Shown one piece after another: positions 24,860-34,632 of a DNA stretch of 37,596 bases; position 1 is the first letter of the stretch, and each line of letters begins with the position of its first letter. Source of the stretch: a virus (Duplodnaviria > Caudoviricetes); IMG/VR virus record IMGVR_UViG_3300037506_000023, positions 1-37,596 of that record. One strand, written 5' to 3'. The notes beneath the pieces were generated by a model, which saw nothing but the letters and a program-made list of their open reading frames with translations, did no database searches and was not told the origin of the DNA. The position numbers were made by a program, and so were the translations under genes.

Positions 24860-25369
24860 ATGCCCGACGAAATCAAGATCAACATGACAACGAACGAGAT
24901 CGTCGCCCTCTCGGAGAAGGTCGAGGCCGACGCCATCTCCGCGCTACGGAAGATGATCCGCGTCGTGCGCGATCAAGTCTTGAACTGGACGCCTCGCTAC
25001 ACGGGCAAGAGTCAGTCGATGATCCTCACGCGGGAGGAGGAAGGCGGGCGAGTCCAGTACGTCTACACCGATCACGTCGTCAACAAGGTCATGGAGGGCA
25101 ACCCGCACGCCGTCTGGAAGCGGTGGCCTCCGTTCGCGCCGCTCAAGGAATGGGCCATGCGAAAGGTCGGACTCGGGCCGAAGGAAGCCGCGAGGATGGC
25201 CGTCGCGATTCGCCGCAAGCTGAAGCTCTTCGGGATGCAGTTGCCGCTCAAGAACGACGGACGCGGCATGATGTTCAAGCGCACCTTCGACTTGATGAGG
25301 CAGACGAACTTCCATTGGGTCGTATTCCGTTCCGCCGTCCGTCAATCGCTAAGAGGGAGGACCACGTAA
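24860..25369 (+). CDS. HK97 gp10-like neck/tail-completion protein
   Basis: TPRYTG, V.EG..P.W.PFAPLKEW..RK, MFKRTF. Confidence 0.65.
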   Translation: MPDEIKINMTTNEIVALSEKVEADAISALRKMIRVVRDQVLNWTPRYTGKSQSMILTREEEGGRVQYVYTDHVVNKVMEGNPHAVWKRWPPFAPLKEWAMRKVGLGPKEAARMAVAIRRKLKLFGMQLPLKNDGRGMMFKRTFDLMRQTNFHWVVFRSAVRQSLRGRTT

Positions 25370-25370
25370 C

Positions 25371-26579
25371 ATGGCGACTTACCCCGACATCATGGAGCAA
25401 CTCGGCGCGGAGCTTCAAGCGCAGCGCGGGATCGAGGCGCTCTACGAGTGGTTAACGAAGGTTGACGGCGCGACGTACTTCAAGGACAAGATCAACGCGG
25501 CGTACAGCAACACCGTCGAGCTTGAAGATGATGCCGAGCTTGCGGCGAAGACATCGCTCGACGGGTCGATTGCTCCGAACGTTCAGACGCAACACCTCTC
25601 GCAAGTGACGGCGTTCGAGTCGTACTGGCTCGCGACGTTCTTGGCGGACGTCCAGAACGTGGGGGCGACGGACATCGCGGCCGGTCCGATCCAGTACGTC
25701 TACGACACGGCGCTCGAGGAGAACGGGCAAATTCAGATCAAGGACCGCGTGGGCTATTGGGCGTCGCTGATTAAGGACATGATCTCGAACGCGCAGACGG
25801 TGCTCGAAAACGTCGTCGCGCTCGGGGCGCTGACGGCGCAAGCGACGAATCAGGGAGTGCTCGTCGAGTCGGGCGCCTCGGGTGACGAGTATATGCTCGA
25901 CGGCACGCTCGTCTTCGAGGTCACCGACGAGACGGTCGGAGCGGTCGTCATCTCCGTGACGCTGGAACTGGAAGAGCAAGTGATCGACCAAGGGGCGTTC
26001 ACGAAGACGATCTCGGCGGAACGCTCGCTGACGGTGGCGAAGGAGTTCAACGAGGGGCAGACGGGGTTGACGATCACGCTATCGCTCGGGCCGGTCGTCG
26101 AGACGGGAGACAACGGGAACATTTTCTCGCTGACGACGGTCGCGAACCCGTCGGGAGACGACTCGAACTTCGGGAAGTATTACTTCGAGGTCGAACGCAT
26201 TACGGCGACCGACTTCCGCGTACGTTGGTATCGAGATGCGAACTTCATCGACGAGAACCTCGTGACGACCGTGGACGTCGCCGGAATCGTCGGGACGACG
26301 CCGCTTTCGATTCCCGGAGCAGCGGGCGGATCGACGATCTCGACGACGTTCGACAACGTGAACGCGGACGCTCATCTCCCCGTGGTCGGGAATAAGGACT
26401 CGGATATCGTCTTCGACATCAAGAGCCCTCGCATCGGCGACCGCTGGACGAAGGCGGTCACCAACACGAAGGCGGGGAACTTCCAGACGAAGATCGCGAA
26501 GCGGTGGAGGACGAGTCTTCCGTCGGCGGCGGTGCCGACGATCTCCGACGCGCTCGCGGCGAACGTAAGCATGGGATAG
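25371..26579 (+). CDS. Acidic virion structural protein of unknown role
   Basis: 402 aa, strong codon bias, located in the neck/tail module. Confidence 0.6.
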   Translation: MATYPDIMEQLGAELQAQRGIEALYEWLTKVDGATYFKDKINAAYSNTVELEDDAELAAKTSLDGSIAPNVQTQHLSQVTAFESYWLATFLADVQNVGATDIAAGPIQYVYDTALEENGQIQIKDRVGYWASLIKDMISNAQTVLENVVALGALTAQATNQGVLVESGASGDEYMLDGTLVFEVTDETVGAVVISVTLELEEQVIDQGAFTKTISAERSLTVAKEFNEGQTGLTITLSLGPVVETGDNGNIFSLTTVANPSGDDSNFGKYYFEVERITATDFRVRWYRDANFIDENLVTTVDVAGIVGTTPLSIPGAAGGSTISTTFDNVNADAHLPVVGNKDSDIVFDIKSPRIGDRWTKAVTNTKAGNFQTKIAKRWRTSLPSAAVPTISDALAANVSMG

Positions 26580-26583
26580 GACG

Positions 26584-26955
26584 ATGCCGCTGAACATCAG
26601 GCCCGGATTCTTGATCGACGTCGTACAGTATACGAAGCCGTCGATCCCCTGTCGGCTGCTCGACCGCGCCGGGCTGCCGAAGGACATCGGAGGCGCGGGA
26701 GTCCTACGGCTGATCGTCAAGACGGACCCGACGCTCGGCGACGCGTTCGCGCTCTTCGACATCACGCCGGCGGTGACGAGTTCGTCGCAAGGGCTCTTCA
26801 CGATCCCGTTCGTGACGGCGAACCTCGTAAGGCCCGGCCGATGGTCGGCGCAACTTCGGCACTTCCTCGCGCCGCCCGCGCCCGGCGACGTACCCGACGA
26901 CGCCTACGAGGGCACGATCTCGATACTCACCGCGCTGCGGAAGGTGGAACCCTAA
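26584..26955 (+). CDS. Small Ig-like structural protein
   Basis: Beta-sandwich-like pattern (G.FTIPF....L..PGRW.AQL). Confidence 0.5.
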   Translation: MPLNIRPGFLIDVVQYTKPSIPCRLLDRAGLPKDIGGAGVLRLIVKTDPTLGDAFALFDITPAVTSSSQGLFTIPFVTANLVRPGRWSAQLRHFLAPPAPGDVPDDAYEGTISILTALRKVEP

Positions 26956-27467
26956 TGGCGATGGTGCCCACGGTTGCGACCCTACGAACGGCGATTGCCG
27001 ATGCGGTCAAGCTCGCCATGAACTCGGGCGCTCCGTTGACGGTGACGACGGTTCACACGCGCCGCCGGTTCTGGCGGGACTACGACAAGTTTGTCTCGCT
27101 CTTCATCCGCGACGACGTGGGAGGAGACATCCCGGCGGATCATATCAACGGCTGGATGATCACTCGTAAGCGTGCCGTCGAGGTCGAGGCAGAAGAGCGG
27201 TGGAGGTTCCACCGTCTTCACACGTTCACGCTATACGGGTACTGCGGCCTCCAAGACGAGACGGTAACGGAGGAGACGTTCATCGACCAGATCGAGCGGA
27301 TCGCGGACAATCTTAGATTGAATCTCTCGGTCTTCGGCAACACCGAGCGCGTCGTCCCTGTCTGCAATCACGACCTTCTCGAGACGTACGACCTCGGAGA
27401 TGCGCGGTGTTGGTACGCCGAATTGAGCCTCACGACGGAAGCGACAGAGGTGAAGACCCTTGCCTAG
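26955..27467 (+). CDS. Putative tail terminator
   Basis: INGWMITR, F....E.I...LR; precedes the tail tube gene. Confidence 0.55.
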   Translation: MAMVPTVATLRTAIADAVKLAMNSGAPLTVTTVHTRRRFWRDYDKFVSLFIRDDVGGDIPADHINGWMITRKRAVEVEAEERWRFHRLHTFTLYGYCGLQDETVTEETFIDQIERIADNLRLNLSVFGNTERVVPVCNHDLLETYDLGDARCWYAELSLTTEATEVKTLA

Positions 27468-28461
27468 TCCAACGTTCACCGAGCGAAGACTCTACCGCCA
27501 AGCGGCGGCGCTTTTCGGATTCCAGGCGACGCCGGGGACGCCGGTCACGAACTTCACGACGGCGGCCTCACGCGTGCTCTGGATGCGTGATCTCTCGTTC
27601 AATCCAGGCCTCGTTAAGGAAGTCGCGGCCGGGGTGACGGGGACGGCTCGCGTGAAGACTGGGCAGCGGTTCATGAGGGAACGTCTCCCCGTGATCGAAA
27701 TGATCGGAAGCGCGAGTCCGAAGAATATCGAATGGCTCCTGCGGTCCTGGGGCGGAACGTGGTCGGGCGTCGGCACGCTCTCGTTCAACCCGACGGAAGC
27801 CATCAACGAATTCGCCACGCTCGGCATCGTCGAGAAGGCCCCTGCGGGCGTGGGCAACACGCAGAAGCTCGTGCGCGTCTGGGATTCGTGGATCCACCGG
27901 ATTGTGTTTTCGCTCCGGTCTGGCCTGTCGGTCTTGGACGCGCACGCTTACGCCGTTGCGCGAGAGTACGACGAGACGCCGCTTAACGCGCTCGGAGGGA
28001 TCGTCCTACCGGCCGCGATCTCCGGGTATATGCCTCCCGCCATCGACGTATTCGCGCCTCACCAGTTCCGACTCTACCGCGACCCTGCGGGGGCGAACGT
28101 CTCGATAGCGGTCGAGGAGTTGACGATTGATCTACAGCACGGGGTCAATCACGAGACATGGAACGACCCGGCCCCGCAGATCGTGAAGGACGGACCGACT
28201 CGCGTGTACATCTCCCTGCGCTCGCGTTGGATGGACGAGACGTATGAGATCCAGGACGACGCGAAGGGGCCGACGTCGACGTTTACGCGCTTCACGGCGG
28301 AGTTCTCCGCCGGATCGAAGGCGTTCGAGATCGACCTTCACAACGTGGACTTCACCGTATCGCCGACGGGTTGGGTGGACGGCCAGTGGAGAGAGTTTCT
28401 CGTCGAAGGAGAGGCGTTCCTCGACGGCACGGACTTCGTGGACATCACCTTGGCGCCGTAG
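27460..28461 (+). CDS. Putative tail tube (major tail) protein
   Basis: Q.TPGT N-terminus, beta-rich, upstream of the frameshifting chaperone. Confidence 0.6.
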   Translation: MPSPTFTERRLYRQAAALFGFQATPGTPVTNFTTAASRVLWMRDLSFNPGLVKEVAAGVTGTARVKTGQRFMRERLPVIEMIGSASPKNIEWLLRSWGGTWSGVGTLSFNPTEAINEFATLGIVEKAPAGVGNTQKLVRVWDSWIHRIVFSLRSGLSVLDAHAYAVAREYDETPLNALGGIVLPAAISGYMPPAIDVFAPHQFRLYRDPAGANVSIAVEELTIDLQHGVNHETWNDPAPQIVKDGPTRVYISLRSRWMDETYEIQDDAKGPTSTFTRFTAEFSAGSKAFEIDLHNVDFTVSPTGWVDGQWREFLVEGEAFLDGTDFVDITLAP

Positions 28462-28473
28462 GGTGGAGGAATC

Positions 28474-28950
28474 GTGGAACCAGCATGGGAGTGGACCAAG
28501 AACGGCGTGCGTCTCTTGCGGGACGAGTCGCCCGAGGATCTATCATGGCGCGCACCGAATCTCGGCGAACTCAAGGCATTCGACGAGACGCTCGAACGCG
28601 CCGTGTTCATCTACACTACGCTCGAACGCGCACGCGACGCCTTTTCGGAAGGTCGAGCGTCGTACGAACGAGCGACGGCGGAGATCCGGCACTTGATTGA
28701 GCAGATCAAGCTCGCGGGCGAAGAGGTCATTGATGCGTGCCGCTCCGTCGTGCGGTTCTTCCCGGAGGGCGTTTCCAAGACGCTCGCCGACTTCTTCGAC
28801 GGCAACGGAAACGCTTTCGTGAGGTTCTGTCGGGAGTTCGTCGAGACGCAGAAGCACCCAAGAGAGGTGCGAAAAAACTCATCGAGGGGGCGATCAGAGA
28901 AGTCGCGGCCGACGCCCCCCGAGACTGCGGTGAGTGTCAGCGGTTCTTAG
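28474..28950 (+). CDS. Tail assembly chaperone (G)
   Basis: GGAGG RBS; slippery A AAA AAC at 28872-28878. Confidence 0.75.
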   Translation: MEPAWEWTKNGVRLLRDESPEDLSWRAPNLGELKAFDETLERAVFIYTTLERARDAFSEGRASYERATAEIRHLIEQIKLAGEEVIDACRSVVRFFPEGVSKTLADFFDGNGNAFVRFCREFVETQKHPREVRKNSSRGRSEKSRPTPPETAVSVSGS

Positions 28951-29204
28951 TCGATCAGGAAGGAGAGCCCGTACGTCCACGCTTCGACGGGGAGTTGATC
29001 TCCGACGAGGATTGCAAGCGGTGTCCGTGGATCATGACGACGCCGCGCACGTTTCGATGGATGCCCCAAGCCCGTGCGCTCTGGGAGGAATGGAAGCACG
29101 CGAAGGCGACTGGGTTCGTGGCAAGACAACCGAACGTCGCGGACGCGCTCGCCTTCGAGGAGTTGGTGAGGGAGTTGGGACGGTATAGCGATGGCAGAAG
29201 ATAG
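28872..29204 (+). CDS. Tail assembly chaperone -1 frameshift extension (GT)
   Basis: The -1 frame is open from the slippery site (KLIEGAIRE...) to the stop at 29204, overlapping the next start. Confidence 0.75.
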   Translation, partial: KKLIEGAIREVAADAPRDCGECQRFLVDQEGEPVRPRFDGELISDEDCKRCPWIMTTPRTFRWMPQARALWEEWKHAKATGFVARQPNVADALAFEELVRELGRYSDGRR

Positions 29205-29745
29205 ACTCGACATCAGGGTGGGCGTGAGCGTTCAAGGCTTGGACGCCTCGAAGAGACAGACCGCCGACCTTGAGACGAAGGCGCGGAAGGTCAAGCAGGA
29301 CGTCACGAAGGCCGACCAGCAAGCGAGCGCGGTACAGCGTCGCGTTGAGAGTCTGCTTAAAGGACAGTTGAAACAAGCGGGGCGGTTCTTCCTCGCTAGC
29401 GCGTTGACGGAAGGCTTCGACGCGCTGATCCCAAATCAGGACCACAACGCATGGGCGAGACTCGGAACGCAGGTCGGAACCAACGTCGGGATCGGGCTCG
29501 TCTCCGGCGGACCGACGGGCGCGATTATCGGCCTCATGGTGTCGGGCATTCAGGTCTTGAAGGAAGGACTCTCGGCGCTCTCCGACGAGGTGAAGCAACA
29601 AAGCGAGAAGGCGCGAGTAGCGGAGAAGGCGATTCAGGACCTCTTCCGCAAGCTCGGCGAGGCCGACGAGGAGCGGCGCAGGACGTTCGACAAGCGCGTC
29701 AAGGACTTCGAGGACAAGCTCTACACCGAGTTGAGGATCGGATAA
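29191..29745 (+). CDS. Very short tape-measure-like protein (184 aa)
   Basis: Canonical position after G/GT; MAEDRLDIRVGV N-terminus, helical, central GGPTGAIIGL hydrophobic segment. Confidence 0.65.
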   Translation: MAEDRLDIRVGVSVQGLDASKRQTADLETKARKVKQDVTKADQQASAVQRRVESLLKGQLKQAGRFFLASALTEGFDALIPNQDHNAWARLGTQVGTNVGIGLVSGGPTGAIIGLMVSGIQVLKEGLSALSDEVKQQSEKARVAEKAIQDLFRKLGEADEERRRTFDKRVKDFEDKLYTELRIG

Positions 29746-30792
29746 ATGGCAACGTGGGTCATCGACGTTAATAACGGCGAGTATCAGTTCCCGGTCGCCT
29801 CGCGCTGGGCGATCTCCGACCGCGCAGAACTCAAGGAGAACGGGGAGACGGACTACATTGAAACCGTGCTCAACGTCGAGGTCGAGCTTGTTCCGAGCGT
29901 CGGGTCGGCCGACCCCGCCGAAGAGGTGACGACCGCCTTTCAACTTCTACGCTCCGTGATGATCGACGACACGGCCCCGAAGCGGATTCGGTTGATGAAG
30001 GATGCCGTCGTCGAGTACGACTTCCAGCCATCGGAAGGCATCGGAACGCCGAAGTGCCGCGACCTCGTACAGATCACGACAGGGGGCGACCACGCGACTC
30101 ATGTTCGGGCGCAACTCTCGATCTATCACAAGCGGGAGGGCAGCGCCGGCGGCGTATTCGATCTCTCGCGTGAGGTCAGCGAGGAGGCATACGGCGGTCT
30201 TCTGATCCGTAAGCGCTGGTACGTTCGAGCGCGGGCGAAGACCATCGAGAAGGCGCGTGCCGCGTGCGTGAAGTACAAGCCATCGCCGAAGCCGCTCTAC
30301 GAGATGGCGCGGGAGTTGATCGAGCAGAACGGCTATGAGATCGAGTGGATCTGGGAGCGGGCGGCGGATCTCAAGAACGGCACCGTGGTCCAGGAGACGG
30401 TCGAGTTCCTCCCTGCCGGGCAGGGATTGACGCCCGATCCCGTGGTCGGGGCGACTCCGTTCTATCACCGCCGCCGGTCGTCGGCGGGTTACGTTCGCGT
30501 CTCCGTGACGGTGCAATCGCAGTCGAGGGACGCCGTGATTGCGCCGACGCCTCACCTCGCGGACTCGGATACGGTCAAGCGGGATCGGACGCAGGAGACG
30601 GGAGGCCACCCCGTAATCTGCGTTGATCGCGTGAAGGGCATCTTCCAAGCCGTGTTCGTGGAGTTCTATTGGGTGTCGAACAACACGTTCCCGCAGTTGA
30701 ATCACTCGTCGCACGCTCGTGCGTACCCGAACCCCGTCATCCCGAACGGGCCGATAGGTGGAACGGCAGGAAGGATCGGGACGGGTAGATGA
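29746..30792 (+). CDS. Tail tip / distal tail protein
   Basis: Position after the tape measure; beta-rich. Confidence 0.5.
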   Translation: MATWVIDVNNGEYQFPVASRWAISDRAELKENGETDYIETVLNVEVELVPSVGSADPAEEVTTAFQLLRSVMIDDTAPKRIRLMKDAVVEYDFQPSEGIGTPKCRDLVQITTGGDHATHVRAQLSIYHKREGSAGGVFDLSREVSEEAYGGLLIRKRWYVRARAKTIEKARAACVKYKPSPKPLYEMARELIEQNGYEIEWIWERAADLKNGTVVQETVEFLPAGQGLTPDPVVGATPFYHRRRSSAGYVRVSVTVQSQSRDAVIAPTPHLADSDTVKRDRTQETGGHPVICVDRVKGIFQAVFVEFYWVSNNTFPQLNHSSHARAYPNPVIPNGPIGGTAGRIGTGR

Positions 30793-33152
30793 GTGAAGGC
30801 AAGCACGTTGGGACGTTCCAAGGAATCCCCGTCCAAGCGGCGCGGATCGAACGCAAGCCCGGCCTCTCGCCCGACTTCGGCACGCTCGAGTTCTTCCTCG
30901 AACACCTCAAGGGAGCGGACGTCGAGGCCGACTTCCGCTTGTGGGGCGCGGCCGGGTTCAAGGAGTCGGCGGGGCCGTTCACGATGCACGTTCTCGCGTC
31001 GGCACGAGGTCCAGGGAAAACAACGACGAGCGACGCGACACCGAATGGGATCAAACGCGGCGGCGCGTTGACGCTCAAGACGCGGTTGAACAACCAGCAG
31101 ACGAGCGACTCGAAGGTGACGCTGACGCCGCTCTTCCTTACGTCCTCGGCCATCGAGGAGATGCAAGAGGACATCGACGAGAATGTTCCGCACACGAAGG
31201 GCCGCGTACGGATGACGGTTACGGATATCCGCTACTGGTGGCGGGAGTTCGGCACGCCGGTCTACGGACGCTACAACATGGTGCTCGACAACGCGCAGAT
31301 CGACGCCGCGACGGTGGACCCGTCCACGGGCGAGCCTTGGTCGATCTTGAAGGTGATCGACTACCTCTGCGTCTGCCTCCCCGGTCAACCGCGTGTCACG
31401 TTCTCGAAACGTATTCTGGCGAGCGACCCGAACCCGCCGATGAACCTCGACATGAAGATGGAGTTGCCCGCCGTCTGGCTGGAACGACTGCTCCTTGCCT
31501 ACGGCTGGGAGCTTCATCTCTCAAATAACTCGAACGTCTATATTGCGCGACGTGGAGACGAACACACGCTTGACTCGTTCCCATCGACGCCCGGGGGAAG
31601 CCCGCGTGGACTCGGTGTTGAGAAGAACTACCGGAAGAAGACGCAGTATATTCTCGAACGCCCGGAGGCGGCGGTTGTTGTTGGTGGCCAGCGCGAGCGC
31701 CGCGTGCGAATGGCGTACGAACCGGCGTTCATCGACGAAGACAACGAGGTTCGACGGATGGCCGATCTCCCCGCTCTCTGGGGTTACTCTGTCGAACAAG
31801 CCCGCGCGTCGGCGTGCCTTAAGAGCGAGAAGGCGTACGCGGACATCCCGGCGCGGGACATCATCCAGAAGAACGCCCGAACGAAGATCGCGCAGAAGGA
31901 CTTCTTCAAGCTCTACGCGCCGTCGGCGCTCTTCGGGAATCAAGGGCTCTTCGGCTCCGGCCCCGTGTCGTCGGGGACGACGCGCGACTACTGGCGCTTC
32001 GAGAAACGCAAGCACCCGTTCTTTCCCGCGCAGGACGCATGGTGGACGCCGAACGAACTCGCCGCGATGGGCGTCTCGAACAAGACCCCGGCCTCGGCGG
32101 TGCTAGTGAAGACGGGCGCGATCATCCGGGCGAACTTGATCCGCCAGCGGTACTACCCGAGCGCGGACGACGTTCAGAGTCAGTACGAGGCGTGGAGACA
32201 ACGGCAGAACGAGGCGAAGAACGCGCTGCTGCAACAGCTGAGTCAGAAGCGGCAGGAGGCGGCGGCGATCTCGGCGTCGGAGCCAGATTGGGAATCCATG
32301 TCGCAATTCGACAAGACGAAGGCGACGCTATCACGCGGACAGGATCGTCTCCTCGAACTAATCGACCGGGACGTCGCCTACATGAACCGGCAGCAGGAGA
32401 AGGGACTCGCGGAGAAGAAGCAGATACAGCAACGCATCGCGAAGGAAGCGGCCGCGATTGGAAAGCAGATCGACGAGATCAACGAGTCGCTCGACGAGAA
32501 CGCCGTCAAGGTGTCGGCCATTGTCAACAGCGTGGCGAAGTACGGCTTCGCACGCTTGTGGGTCAACGTCCCATGGGGAATCGTCGAGGAAGGCGAGGCG
32601 GAGTTCGACCCAGAGACGGGGCTTGTCATGTTTCAAGACATCGTTGGAATCATGGAAGCGCCCTCGACGTACGACCGCGAGTCGATCAATTTGATCGCCG
32701 ACGGGATCGTGGAGGTGACGTTCGGCACGAAGGTCTTCCGGCATCACCCGGCCGATTGGTCGATCTGGACGTTCCGCGCCGTAGACGGCGAGAAGCCAGC
32801 GCTTGTTCGAATCTCGGAGGCGTCGAACCTTCGCCCATATCGAATCGAGGACGAAAACCTCGTGGTGCATGAGAACGAGGCGGGCGTCGCGCTCAACGCG
32901 GACGAAGCGGCCGAGCGAGCGGCGGACCTCGCCGCGTCCGTGCTCGGAAGCACGACGAAGCAGGACGGCTACGCCTACTCGTATCCCGGCTTCTGGAACG
33001 TCTCAACGTCCGACGATATCAACTCCGTCGGCTGGGAGTGGGACGGCGACGTGGCGCACACGTTGATTCAAGCGAACTTCCCGGAGCACTTCTCATTCTC
33101 GACGTCGCTGGCTCGCAAGCGCGAGCGGGAGAAGCTGATCTATGGCGGGTAA
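30789..33152 (+). CDS. Tail hub / baseplate protein with internal coiled coil
   Basis: 787 aa; LERLL..YG hub-like segment; heptad region at about residues 465-580. Confidence 0.5.
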   Translation: MSEGKHVGTFQGIPVQAARIERKPGLSPDFGTLEFFLEHLKGADVEADFRLWGAAGFKESAGPFTMHVLASARGPGKTTTSDATPNGIKRGGALTLKTRLNNQQTSDSKVTLTPLFLTSSAIEEMQEDIDENVPHTKGRVRMTVTDIRYWWREFGTPVYGRYNMVLDNAQIDAATVDPSTGEPWSILKVIDYLCVCLPGQPRVTFSKRILASDPNPPMNLDMKMELPAVWLERLLLAYGWELHLSNNSNVYIARRGDEHTLDSFPSTPGGSPRGLGVEKNYRKKTQYILERPEAAVVVGGQRERRVRMAYEPAFIDEDNEVRRMADLPALWGYSVEQARASACLKSEKAYADIPARDIIQKNARTKIAQKDFFKLYAPSALFGNQGLFGSGPVSSGTTRDYWRFEKRKHPFFPAQDAWWTPNELAAMGVSNKTPASAVLVKTGAIIRANLIRQRYYPSADDVQSQYEAWRQRQNEAKNALLQQLSQKRQEAAAISASEPDWESMSQFDKTKATLSRGQDRLLELIDRDVAYMNRQQEKGLAEKKQIQQRIAKEAAAIGKQIDEINESLDENAVKVSAIVNSVAKYGFARLWVNVPWGIVEEGEAEFDPETGLVMFQDIVGIMEAPSTYDRESINLIADGIVEVTFGTKVFRHHPADWSIWTFRAVDGEKPALVRISEASNLRPYRIEDENLVVHENEAGVALNADEAAERAADLAASVLGSTTKQDGYAYSYPGFWNVSTSDDINSVGWEWDGDVAHTLIQANFPEHFSFSTSLARKREREKLIYGG

Positions 33153-34632
33153 GGACAAACGGTCGAACTTCCGACGGTTCGCGACGCAGACGCCGCAGCG
33201 CGATCACGTCGGGCAATCGGACGCGATCTTCAAGGCGGTGGACCTCTCGCTTAAGCCGACGTCGAACGACCGGATGGCGAAGCTTGGGCACTATCAACAG
33301 ACCTATCTCGGCAGCGTCTACGACTACGATCCCGTCACAGGACGAACGCGAGTCGCCGACGGAGCCCACGTCAACGACGAACGCGGACACGTCCCGCTAG
33401 AACCCGACAACGTGGTCATGCGCGACCACGACGGGGGCAAGGATCGGGTCTGGGCGCTGCGGTTGATCGCCGATCATGACAACAAGTGGCAGGAACAACG
33501 CCACCGCTCGACGGACGTGATCGACCAGTGCGACAAACAGAACTGGGCGCACTTGTCCGATCTTGTGTGGGTCAAGAAGCTCGGCGCGACCTCGCGTATG
33601 GGTCTGAACGACGCCGGGATCTCGGCGAAGCTCCTGAACGTGAAGGCGAAGACGGACCTCGGCGCGCTCATGCTCAATATCGGCAAGAAGGCGGGCTTTG
33701 TCACGGATGGCAACTTCGCCGGGCAATTCTGGCATAACCATCACCTCTCGCCGATTGGCGAAGCGGCCGAGCCTCCCTGCGCCGAAGTGATCCGTAAGCA
33801 GATGACGTTTCGCGGCGATTCCGTTTGGGACATGAACGGCGAACTCGTGACGTGGGCCTTCGACGACGAGAAGGGCACGCCGCAGGGCGATACTTGGGTC
33901 GGCAATCACTGGATCTCCGACCCGTCGCCGATCCCTCCGAAGGGCGAGCTAAACCCGGAGGCGAAGTCGAATCAACCGACGCTTCCGCGCCGGTTCGACA
34001 AGGGCATTTGGGTATGGGTGAAACATCCGACGTACTACATTCCCAACGGCTCGAACGGCTACGACTACACGGGCGTCCCTCCGACGTGCCAGCCCGTGCC
34101 GACGACGACCTATGGAGCGGACACCGGAGAATATCGGCCTCCCGTGCCAACGTACCAATGCGGCTATCAAGTCGGCGCGTTCGAGCCCGGCTATATCACC
34201 GGCGTCACGGCGAGTTTCATGCTGCCGGAGAAGACGCCGAATCTCGACCTTCGACTCGTGATCCCGTTCCGTATGCCCGTCGCGCTCGCGCTCGGAGAGG
34301 CGATGCGTTTCTCGGTCTTCTACAAGTACGCGCTCAAGTGCGGCGATCATCTTGGCGACGGCGTTCCGTACGCCGAAGTCCCGTTCGTGCTCGCGTTCAA
34401 CAACACGCTCGGCGTCGCGCCGGATACGCTCCTCACGGCGGCGATCAACTTCGCCAACATCGGGGACGAGAGCGGGCAGATGGGCGGGCTCTTCAAGGTG
34501 CACTTCATGCGGCGCAGTGATGACGGCGTACTCAAAGACTTCCTGCTCGCCGACGACATGAGAATGGCGATTCGCTCGGCGGGTCAGCCGCGCCCGGCGG
34601 TCGATCAACGACAAGTGGAGGTTGAAGCGTAA
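33142..34632 (+). CDS. Tail tip / baseplate protein
   Basis: Tail module position; C-terminal beta-sandwich-like region. Confidence 0.45.
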   Translation: MAGKDKRSNFRRFATQTPQRDHVGQSDAIFKAVDLSLKPTSNDRMAKLGHYQQTYLGSVYDYDPVTGRTRVADGAHVNDERGHVPLEPDNVVMRDHDGGKDRVWALRLIADHDNKWQEQRHRSTDVIDQCDKQNWAHLSDLVWVKKLGATSRMGLNDAGISAKLLNVKAKTDLGALMLNIGKKAGFVTDGNFAGQFWHNHHLSPIGEAAEPPCAEVIRKQMTFRGDSVWDMNGELVTWAFDDEKGTPQGDTWVGNHWISDPSPIPPKGELNPEAKSNQPTLPRRFDKGIWVWVKHPTYYIPNGSNGYDYTGVPPTCQPVPTTTYGADTGEYRPPVPTYQCGYQVGAFEPGYITGVTASFMLPEKTPNLDLRLVIPFRMPVALALGEAMRFSVFYKYALKCGDHLGDGVPYAEVPFVLAFNNTLGVAPDTLLTAAINFANIGDESGQMGGLFKVHFMRRSDDGVLKDFLLADDMRMAIRSAGQPRPAVDQRQVEVEA

